Source of the DNA: Phycisphaerae bacterium
GTDB lineage: Bacteria; Planctomycetota; Phycisphaerae; UBA1845
NCBI GenBank assembly: GCA_035528995.1
Contig: DATKXO010000110.1
Coordinates: 13,885 to 77,884, forward strand
Length of the DNA stretch: 64,000 nt
Direction: 5' to 3'
Position 1 is the first letter of the stretch; every line of letters begins with the position of its first letter. A model generated the notes under the pieces. That model was not told the DNA's origin. It saw only the letters and a list, made by a program, of their open reading frames with translations, and searched no databases. Shown here piece by piece: positions 8,354 to 15,808 of the stretch. The position numbers were made by a program, and so were the translations under genes.

Positions 8354-10951
8354 GTGGTCAAGGGCAATAACGGGATGCTGAACCTGCAGGGGGCGGTGAT
8401 CGAGGCGGGGCGGTGTCTGCTCTGCCACGACGCGCCCTGCAACACCGGTTGCGGAGCGGATACCGATCCGGCCACCTTCATCCGCAAGCTTCGCATGGGA
8501 GACATCAAGGGTGCCGTGCGGACGATGCGGGAGAACAACATCCTGGCCGCCACCTGCGCCCAGGTCTGCCCGACGTGCCGACTGTGCGTGGAAGGTTGTG
8601 CGCGGTCGGGCATCGACGAGCCGATCCGGATCGCCGAGCTGCAGGCTTTCCTGGCCGACTACGAGCGCCACGAGGGGATGCAGGTTTTGGAGGCCCCGGC
8701 TCCCGGTGACCGCAAGATCGCGGTGATCGGCTCCGGCCCGGCGGGGCTGTCGGCGGCGGCGAGTCTGGCCATGAAGGGCTACTCGGTCGTCGTGTACGAG
8801 AAGATGCCTCGGCCGGGCGGGCTGCTGCGGTACGGGATTCCCGACCACCGCCTTTCGCAGAAACTGCTGGACCACGAGATCGAGCTGATCAAGGGGCTGG
8901 GCGTGCAGTTCGAGTGTGAGCGGGCGATCGGAACCGCGGAGGAGTTGGAGGGTCTGCTCCAGGACGGCTTCGACGCGGTGTTTCTGGGCACGGGCTGCGA
9001 CGAGACGTACCGCCTGCGGCTTCCCGGGAGCAAGCTCAAGGGTGTCTACCCGTGGGACGCGTTCCTGAGCCAGAGCAAGGACCGGACGGGTCGCCGCAAG
9101 CTCACGACGGCCGTGAAGGGCAAGCGCGTGGTGGTCGTGGGGGGCGGCTCGGTGGCCATGGATTGCGCCGTGACCGCCAAGCGACTGGGGGCTCAGCGGG
9201 TCTACGCGATCTCCCTGGAGGCCATGGAGGAGCTGCCAGCCGACGTGGATGAGAAGATGCAGGCGTTTCAGGAGGGCATCCGCTTCAAGCCGAACTGCCG
9301 GGTGACCAGCATTGTCGGTGCCAACGGGCGGGTGAAGTCGGTCCGCGGCGTGGAGATGCGCTGGAGGAAGCCGGGGCTGTTCGTGCCCAAGAACGCCGTG
9401 GACATTCCCGGTTCGCAGTTCGCTGTGCCGGCGCACGTCGTGGTGGAGGCCGTCGGCGCGGGGCTTTCCGGCGACCTTCAGGCCATGCTGAATACGCTGA
9501 AGACCCAGCCCGACAAACGTCCCAAGGTCAACGCCCGGACGCAGCGCACGTCTCGCCCCCGCATCTTCGCCGGTGGGGACCTGGCCGGTGCCGGCAAGAC
9601 CGTGGCCTGCTCCGTTCTGGATGGCAAGAAGGCGGCCGAGGCCATCGCCCAGGCGTTCCCGCTGGGGGTGCCGGTGAGCGTGCCCCAGCGCAAGCGCCCC
9701 AGTCTGGAAATCGAGTTCTGCGGATTGCGGTTCTCCAACCCGTTCTGCCTCTCCTCGTCGCCGGTGTGCAACACGGCGGAGATGGTGGCCCGGGCGTTCG
9801 ACGCCGGTTGGGGCGGGGCCGTCTTCAAGACGGTGGGCCTGGAGGAGGACTACGCGATCATCGATCCCACTCCGCGGCTCAATGCCCTGCACCACGGCGA
9901 CCGCCGCTTCATCGGGCTGCAGAACATCGAGATGATCAGCGAGCGGCCCCACAAGCAGAACCTCAAGGACATCGCCTGGCTGAAGAAGCACTATCCTGAC
10001 CGGCCGCTCATCGTGAGCATCATGGGCTATTCGGACGAGGGCTGGGTCGAGCTGGCCAAGGGCGTGGCCGACGCCGGGGCCGACATGCTCGAACTCAACT
10101 TCTCCTGTCCGCAGATGGCGGTCGAGGGGGCCGGGCACAAGATCGGCCAGGCTTACGACCTGCTCGAGCGGTACACACGCGTGGTGAAGGAGGCCGTCTC
10201 CGTGCCGGTGATGGCCAAGATGACGCCGAACATCACGGACATCCTGCCGCCGTCGCTGGCGGCGAAGCGCGGCGGGGCCGACGCCATCTCGGCCATCAAC
10301 ACCCTGCGGGCCATTACCGAAGTGGACCTGGACACGTTCGCCCCCATGCCCACGATTCAGGGCAAGGGGTCGATCAGCGGCTACTCCGGCCCGGCCGTCA
10401 AGCCCATCGCCCTGCGGTTCGTGGCGGAGCTGGCCCAGAGCAAGGAACTCGACCTGCCGGTGTCGGGCCTGGGCGGCATGGAGACCTGGCAGGACGCGGC
10501 CATGTTCCTGTTGATGGGGGCGTCGAATCTTCAGGCCACCACGGCCGTGATGCGCTACGGCTACCGGATCATCGATTCGCTGTGCGGCGGGCTGGAGGAC
10601 TACCTGGAGTCGAAGGGGCTGGGGTCGGTCGGCGAGCTGGTGGGGCGGGGGCTGGAGTTCACGGTCGATCCTTCAGAGCACCACCAGACCCGGCACGTGA
10701 TCTCGAAGGTCGATCCCGACAAGTGCATCGGCTGCGGCCTGTGCTACGTCGTCTGCCAGGACGGCGCCAACCAGGCGATGCAGTTCAACGGCAGGCGGCG
10801 CAAGGCGGAGGTCGATCGGGAGCGGTGCGTCGGCTGCCTGCTGTGCAAGCACGTCTGCCCGGTGTGGGATTGCATCACGACCGAGGAGATCGACCACGTC
10901 ATCTCCGGCGGGATGCATGAGACGGCGATGGAGTTTGTGGAGACCGACTAG
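8354..10951 (+). CDS. Single-chain dihydropyrimidine dehydrogenase-like flavoprotein (PreT/GltD-like N-terminal half fused to a PreA/DHODH-like C-terminal half)
   Basis: GTG start with GGGAGG 7 nt upstream. N-terminal Cys clusters CLLCHDAPCNTGC and CAQVCPTCRLCVEGC. Rossmann motifs VIGSGPAGLSAA and VVVVGGGSVAMDCA. DHODH-like barrel begins FSNPFCLSSSP. C-terminal CIGCGLCYVVCQ and CVGCLLCKHVCP. Confidence 0.85.
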   Translation: MVKGNNGMLNLQGAVIEAGRCLLCHDAPCNTGCGADTDPATFIRKLRMGDIKGAVRTMRENNILAATCAQVCPTCRLCVEGCARSGIDEPIRIAELQAFLADYERHEGMQVLEAPAPGDRKIAVIGSGPAGLSAAASLAMKGYSVVVYEKMPRPGGLLRYGIPDHRLSQKLLDHEIELIKGLGVQFECERAIGTAEELEGLLQDGFDAVFLGTGCDETYRLRLPGSKLKGVYPWDAFLSQSKDRTGRRKLTTAVKGKRVVVVGGGSVAMDCAVTAKRLGAQRVYAISLEAMEELPADVDEKMQAFQEGIRFKPNCRVTSIVGANGRVKSVRGVEMRWRKPGLFVPKNAVDIPGSQFAVPAHVVVEAVGAGLSGDLQAMLNTLKTQPDKRPKVNARTQRTSRPRIFAGGDLAGAGKTVACSVLDGKKAAEAIAQAFPLGVPVSVPQRKRPSLEIEFCGLRFSNPFCLSSSPVCNTAEMVARAFDAGWGGAVFKTVGLEEDYAIIDPTPRLNALHHGDRRFIGLQNIEMISERPHKQNLKDIAWLKKHYPDRPLIVSIMGYSDEGWVELAKGVADAGADMLELNFSCPQMAVEGAGHKIGQAYDLLERYTRVVKEAVSVPVMAKMTPNITDILPPSLAAKRGGADAISAINTLRAITEVDLDTFAPMPTIQGKGSISGYSGPAVKPIALRFVAELAQSKELDLPVSGLGGMETWQDAAMFLLMGASNLQATTAVMRYGYRIIDSLCGGLEDYLESKGLGSVGELVGRGLEFTVDPSEHHQTRHVISKVDPDKCIGCGLCYVVCQDGANQAMQFNGRRRKAEVDRERCVGCLLCKHVCPVWDCITTEEIDHVISGGMHETAMEFVETD

Positions 10952-11024
10952 CCAGGCGCGCCCGAGGCCGCCCGGGCGGCGAGGGTTCTGGCGGCTGGCA
11001 TCGAAAAGAACCGCGCCGGAAATG

Positions 11025-11036
11025 GGTGACTGTCCC
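11025..11036. repeat. Left arm of a 12-bp inverted repeat (GGTGACTGTCCC) flanking the lower-GC three-gene operon
   Basis: It is the exact reverse complement of 14519-14530. It overlaps a tandem 9-mer, ACTGTCCCT x2, at 11029-11046. Confidence 0.6.
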
Positions 11037-11062
11037 TACTGTCCCTCTTGCCCCATTCCTCG

Positions 11063-12157
11063 CTACGGTCTGGTCTCAGGTGATTGGTCGAGCGGCACGT
11101 GAGAGAGGTCAACCCCCTGCAGGATTCCCAACTCGAGCCCCACGCGCTTCAACTCTACCATTCCTCCTCGCTCGACTTTCGTGCGAGCCTGCCGGTCATG
11201 TTCCAGGATCGTTTCCCGGATGCGCTGGTAGGGTATCCCGAGGGCGGCGGCTCTCTGCACCGCCCATGAACGCGGCCGCGCCTCCAGAACCTCTGTTGAA
11301 GCGATGAAGTCGAGCAGCTTGGACGACGGGTGCTGGATCTGTACCTTCCAGATCATGACCTCAAGGTTTCGCGCCCGCTTCGGATTAGCGCTGCCCGAAG
11401 AGCGCTTCTGCTCTTGCAACGCAGTGATTACCTCGGCGTCACCCAAATCAGCCAAGACTTGGGCTGCGGTCCAATGAAACTTCTCGGGTGAGCGTTCCGC
11501 CTTGACGCGCTCACGCAAAGCCGGAAAGACGGACTCGTCCAGTGTATTCACCGCAAAGAGGGGAATCTGGTCCGCTGGGCGGGCCACGATCATATCCACC
11601 AGGGCTTTCTGACGCGCTGCCAAAGGAGCCTTGCACTCGGTGATCAAATGGAAGAAATCATGCCATACGTCCCACACGTCGTAGCCGGCGACGTATATGT
11701 CTTTGATCAATGCGAGCAATTCGGTGTGGTCGTTCATCACCGCCATTAGGTGCCTGGCGCCGTGGCGGATAAACTCGCCCGGGAGAGCCCGAGCAGAGTC
11801 TGGAACAGGTCCCTCCGCATGTTGGGTCTCCAAGCCGGAGCGTACGATCTTCACCACCTTCCGCGCCGCCGCCTCGTCGGCCAGTTCGCAGGAGAGGCGC
11901 AACGCTTCGCGTCGGGAAACGAACGCCTGAGTGCTGTTCTCAAGAATGCCCAACAGGCGTCCGAGCACCTCCTGATCCCCGCGGGCCGAATGGGCGCGGA
12001 CGGTCGCGGCAAATGAGAGTACCTCCCCGATGCTCTGATGCTCACCTGTGCCTTCCCAGCGATCAAGTGCTGCCTGCACCTCCGATGATGCCCCTAGCGC
12101 AGTGCCCCCCCCGTAAATCGCTGCTACGATCGTTGCAATTTCTACTACGTGTCTCAT
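11063..12157 (-). CDS. Hypothetical helical-repeat protein with an N-terminal hydrophobic segment (third gene of the lower-GC operon)
   Basis: The ATG at 12157 lies 14 nt after the upstream stop, with an AGGA-type SD in the gap. N-terminus MRHVVEIATIVAAIYGGGTALGASS. The rest is predicted all-helical (HEAT/ARM-like by eye). No family recognised. Confidence 0.6.
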   Translation of the reverse strand: MRHVVEIATIVAAIYGGGTALGASSEVQAALDRWEGTGEHQSIGEVLSFAATVRAHSARGDQEVLGRLLGILENSTQAFVSRREALRLSCELADEAAARKVVKIVRSGLETQHAEGPVPDSARALPGEFIRHGARHLMAVMNDHTELLALIKDIYVAGYDVWDVWHDFFHLITECKAPLAARQKALVDMIVARPADQIPLFAVNTLDESVFPALRERVKAERSPEKFHWTAAQVLADLGDAEVITALQEQKRSSGSANPKRARNLEVMIWKVQIQHPSSKLLDFIASTEVLEARPRSWAVQRAAALGIPYQRIRETILEHDRQARTKVERGGMVELKRVGLELGILQGVDLSHVPLDQSPETRP

Positions 12158-12171
12158 GGTCCTACTCGCAC

Positions 12172-12972
12172 CTAGAAGTTGTTGCATTCTGGAGAAGGGA
12201 GATTCCACACCCCGTTCCACACGCGGCACCAGGTCTCGCCCTGCTCCGCGGACGGCAACAGCAGGGGCAATATATCCGGCGTTGGAACCTCGGGAGGCAG
12301 CCTGATGCGTTCCCAGAGGATATTCGCGGACCCGATTGGCACATGTTCCTCTACATCATAACCAGGCGCACCGCTCCGACGAAGTAGATAGTGAGCGACT
12401 TCGTGTTCCAGCACGTGATACGACTTTAGCTCGCTGGGCGTCCTGTACTGGTGAAAGCCCGTCCCTAATGTATCACCACCGTCGTTCAGTAGGATATAGG
12501 GGTGACCGAACGGCGGACTCTGGCTGGGGTCCTCGGTGAAAGCCTGAGGCAATCCGATCGGCGGCGGTGACTGCACCGCCCCGGTGAAATAGATGTTCAA
12601 TCGGTCCGCCATCCAATAGGGCAGCAGGACATTATCCCTGAACGCCGAAAACGGCTCTAGCCGTCCGTGCAAGAAGAGGCCGAAATCCTGGACCGTGGCG
12701 ACTTCGATCGGGTCAAAGCAGACATTGCCGCCGAACATCCTCGCGTGGCTCCTCAGTGCATTGAGAAACGCGCTGACCTCGGCCATCGTCATCCGGCAGC
12801 CGTCGTTGTCGCGCGTGCCCACTGACTCGCCGGGAGCGACGACGATCCACGCCCGCACGGAAACCGTGCCGGTCTGGGGAAGCGTGGGTTTGCGGAGGAG
12901 GCTGCAGGCGGCGCCCACGACCAGTGCGGCGCTGCAACTCAGGCAAATGATGGCTTTTAGCTTTCGGGTCAC
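12172..12972 (-). CDS. Exported protein with an HExxH zinc-metallopeptidase-like motif (second gene of the lower-GC operon)
   Basis: The GTG at 12972 lies 9 nt after the upstream TAG, with an AGGA SD. Signal MTRKLKAIICLSCSAALVVGAAC. Motif YHVLEHEVAHYLLRRSGAPGYDVEEH. No known peptidase family recognised. Confidence 0.6.
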   Translation of the reverse strand: MTRKLKAIICLSCSAALVVGAACSLLRKPTLPQTGTVSVRAWIVVAPGESVGTRDNDGCRMTMAEVSAFLNALRSHARMFGGNVCFDPIEVATVQDFGLFLHGRLEPFSAFRDNVLLPYWMADRLNIYFTGAVQSPPPIGLPQAFTEDPSQSPPFGHPYILLNDGGDTLGTGFHQYRTPSELKSYHVLEHEVAHYLLRRSGAPGYDVEEHVPIGSANILWERIRLPPEVPTPDILPLLLPSAEQGETWCRVWNGVWNLPSPECNNF

Positions 12973-12981
12973 GCAGATGTC

Positions 12982-14352
12982 CTAGTCCGTAGCGGCGACA
13001 ACCACCGCGCTTCCGCCGGATTCTGTCTGCAAGAGGACCACGCTCGGGTAGTTGTCCTTGTTCAGGGCGACATCGACCATAATAATGGGCGTGTCCAGGT
13101 CACTGTGGTAGATGATGCGATCCGGGTCTCCGTCATCACCGGCAACCTTGGCAAGCACGAGACCGGCAACGCTATCCAGCTCGAGCCCGGCGGAATCATA
13201 GCTGACCAGATCAACATCGATTGTGTCCGGTGCTTCAGCGACCGTGGCAGCATTCTCCTCGATGCGGGCGACAGCGACGAGATGGAAGGCGTAGGCGGAG
13301 AGCAGCACCCCCTCAACCGGGTTGAGCGGGTCCGGATCGCTCGACAACTCCATCAGGTTCAAGGTGTCCAGCTCAGCACCGAGCAGGGGCGGGCCCGTGT
13401 CCGTGGAGGTGTCGTCGTAGGTGATTGAGTGCCAGGCCGAAGACGCGCCCATCTCCGGCGCGAAGGTGAAGGTGCGGCCTAGCGAATGCCCGGCGAGGTG
13501 GAACGTGAAGATGCCGGGCGTTGTCCCCGGGCCGTCGAGGTTTGCGAAGTCGGGAGCATTCGTTGTGCTGCCGTCACCGACGATCAGGATCGCCTGACTG
13601 CCTGACGACTCCCGGAACTGGGCGGCGTCGTACGCGGTCTGGAAGGGGGCAGTCGGAGGACCAAGCGGCGGCTGGTACACGCCCTCCCAATCGCCCGTGG
13701 TGGCGGCGTCGAAGGCGATCGGGGCAATGGCGGGTTGCAGGGTCACCGTAAGCGGTGTCCCCGGAGGCCCCGACACCGGCGAGACGTCAATGGAGATGAC
13801 GGTGACTGCTTGAGTCTCCTGAAGGTCAAAGGTGCCGTCGCCATCCGGATCGGTAAGCAGATCAATGGTCACGTCGCCCAGCGCGGCACTCGGAATAAGC
13901 CCCTCGACGAAGGCGCTCAGGGATACGGTTCCGCACTGCGGACCGCTGACGTTGTTCTCAAACACGGTGTAGTCGATCAAGTCCACGTCGGTGTCGGACT
14001 CGAAGTCAAAGGGGGCACAGGCGGGGCCAACCGGGCCTCCCGCTGTTCCGGTGAAACAAATCTGGAAATCCGCAAAGTCGTCCAGGTCGACATCGCAGTC
14101 CGGCTCAGAATCACCAGCAAGTGTCGGGGCGGTGTACTCCGTGTTCGGCGGGATGAGATTGTCCTTGGCAACGGTGTCCCAGAGCGAGATGCGCATCGGG
14201 TCGTATGCGAACTTGTATGGAGACAATGCCGGCAGGGCGAGCTGCAAAGGTGCAGGCTCCTCGCCGACAACCACAACCAAGCCTGGGTCGTCCGCGAGCA
14301 GAATACTCGGCGAGAATACCGCGATAACGACGATGAGGAGATGTGTTTTCAT
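12982..14352 (-). CDS. Secreted protein with a dockerin/EF-hand-like twin module near the N-terminus (first gene of the lower-GC operon)
   Basis: Start MKTHLLIVVIAVFSPSILLADD at 14352. The ORF-track start at 14493 adds 47 non-signal residues. Module DCDVDLDDFADFQICFTG...FDFESDTDVDLIDYTVFENNVSG is encoded at 13942-14100. Confidence 0.65.
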   Translation of the reverse strand: MKTHLLIVVIAVFSPSILLADDPGLVVVVGEEPAPLQLALPALSPYKFAYDPMRISLWDTVAKDNLIPPNTEYTAPTLAGDSEPDCDVDLDDFADFQICFTGTAGGPVGPACAPFDFESDTDVDLIDYTVFENNVSGPQCGTVSLSAFVEGLIPSAALGDVTIDLLTDPDGDGTFDLQETQAVTVISIDVSPVSGPPGTPLTVTLQPAIAPIAFDAATTGDWEGVYQPPLGPPTAPFQTAYDAAQFRESSGSQAILIVGDGSTTNAPDFANLDGPGTTPGIFTFHLAGHSLGRTFTFAPEMGASSAWHSITYDDTSTDTGPPLLGAELDTLNLMELSSDPDPLNPVEGVLLSAYAFHLVAVARIEENAATVAEAPDTIDVDLVSYDSAGLELDSVAGLVLAKVAGDDGDPDRIIYHSDLDTPIIMVDVALNKDNYPSVVLLQTESGGSAVVVAATD

Positions 14353-14518
14353 GGGTCCCTCGTTCACCGAAGAGACCCCCGAGTCCCCGCGTCGGGTCTT
14401 AACTCTAGGATGATACCGCGCTGGCGTGGCACTGCAAGGGGTCTTCCGCCACAAACCTGGACGGAAGTGCCCGTTTGCAAGTGCAAGTGACACAACGACT
14501 TAAGGAGTGTGGGATGGG

Positions 14519-14530
14519 GGGACAGTCACC
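14519..14530. repeat. Right arm of the 12-bp inverted repeat (GGGACAGTCACC)
   Basis: Exact reverse complement of 11025-11036. It lies in the 700-nt non-coding spacer upstream of the operon. Confidence 0.6.
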
Positions 14531-14858
14531 TATATCTTTGTTGCTCGCTTGCCTTCCTTGAGTTCGATCAGTCTTGGCCTGCCCACGGGTAGTGGCCGGA
14601 GGCGGCGTCCGATTCTGGCCGCCAGCTTGCTTGGGAACTTGTCGCCGGGTCGTGCATGGGTGAGCGAAGCTGGCCTGTGGAGGACGGTGTGGAACTCGCC
14701 CGGACGAATGCATCCCCCACCCATGCTTCGCGTGGATGGGGCACCCACTTGGCATGGGTCGGGCAGCGGCCGTCGATCGTTATTCTTCGAGAACGGCCGG
14801 CGGGGGCGCCGGCCGCTACTGGGTTTTCGGACGCCGTGTTGGTGGGCGGGGTCGTTGC

Positions 14859-14887
14859 CGGGGGCGGGCGGGCGGGGTGGGGTCGGG
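14859..14887 (+). other. G-quadruplex-forming tract (six G3-5 runs separated by 1-2 nt)
   Basis: The sequence reads CGGGGGCGGGCGGGCGGGGTGGGGTCGGG. It is intergenic. Confidence 0.5.
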
Positions 14888-15060
14888 TTGTTCTCGGACG
14901 CTGGGCGGCTTGGGGCATCATTGTAGCGCCGGCACACCAGAAACCGGGGCCGCTAGCCGCTACATATTGTAGATCAAACCACGGTGCCGGGGGGTTGTCT
15001 GCCGGGTGATGACCGGCGCCTGCCTGCGCCGACGGGACACGACGAATTGGGGGACTGCGC

Positions 15061-15501
15061 ATGAAAGACTGGCAAAAGAACTTCCTGCAGAAGCTCGAAG
15101 GGGCCAAGAAGCAGTGGCTGCACAGGTTCGAGCGCTTCGCCACCGAGCACCTCGAGCCGGTGTTCGACCGGTTCGCCGACTTCGCCACCAGCAACGGCTT
15201 CCGCGTGTCGGCGCCGGATTGCGATGCCGGGACACGCCGGTACAAGTTCGCCCTGACCGAGAACGGTTACGTCCTGCTCACGTTCCAGATGAAGGGACTG
15301 GAGCAGGTCGAGGTGTGCATCGAGGTGGCCGTGCCCGGGCAGGGTAACGCGGACTCGGCCGACCGGCGCACCGATCTGCACCTGGCCGGGCCGTCCTGGG
15401 TGGAGACTCAGTTCGAGGATGGGCTGGACACGTTCCTGACCGCCTTTGGCGAGGCCGGGGCCAACGACGCCGAGTGCGCCCAGGAACTGGTCACCGCGTA
15501 A
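15061..15501 (+). CDS. Hypothetical cytoplasmic protein (146 aa)
   Basis: ATG with GGGGGA 6 nt upstream. Coding-like composition. No family recognised. Confidence 0.55.
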   Translation: MKDWQKNFLQKLEGAKKQWLHRFERFATEHLEPVFDRFADFATSNGFRVSAPDCDAGTRRYKFALTENGYVLLTFQMKGLEQVEVCIEVAVPGQGNADSADRRTDLHLAGPSWVETQFEDGLDTFLTAFGEAGANDAECAQELVTA

Positions 15502-15576
15502 CGGGGCGACCGGTGGTCGGGCTTGCTCGATCGCGGGTCCGTTGCGCAGTCCGTGCCATTGCCAGTATGCGAACGG

Positions 15577-15602
15577 AGCCCCGGCAGCTTGTGGCCGGGG
15601 CT
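15577..15602 (+). terminator. Hairpin downstream of 15061-15501 (AGCCCCGGC / GCCGGGGCT)
   Basis: A 9-bp GC stem with an 8-nt loop, followed only by TTCC. The T-tract is weak. Confidence 0.35.
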
Positions 15603-15808
15603 TCCGATGCGCGCTGAACGCGCTGTGAGCTGATGCAGCATCCTCTATCAGGTCGCTAAGAAACTCGTTTTGCCGCCGAGGGCTGCTGCCTTGCGTGCCA
15701 AGAAACGCATCCAATGGACGGTTTCCTGCAAACGGCCTGCGGGGACGCAGGCCGCTACGGCGTTCCTTAGCGTCCCGCTATCGCCCGAGGCGATGCACGT
15801 CCGTGCCT

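Noticed and set aside
8186-10138. 650-aa ORF on the minus strand
   Set aside because: It lies entirely antisense to the well-supported DPD-like gene. Its composition is Arg/Gly/His/Pro-rich, typical of high-GC shadow frames. No motifs and no SD.
14507-15245. ORFs of 116-225 aa in the 700-nt spacer upstream of the islet
   Set aside because: They overlap each other. They are Arg/Pro/Gly-rich and lack start contexts. The region also contains the G4 tract and palindromes more consistent with regulatory DNA.
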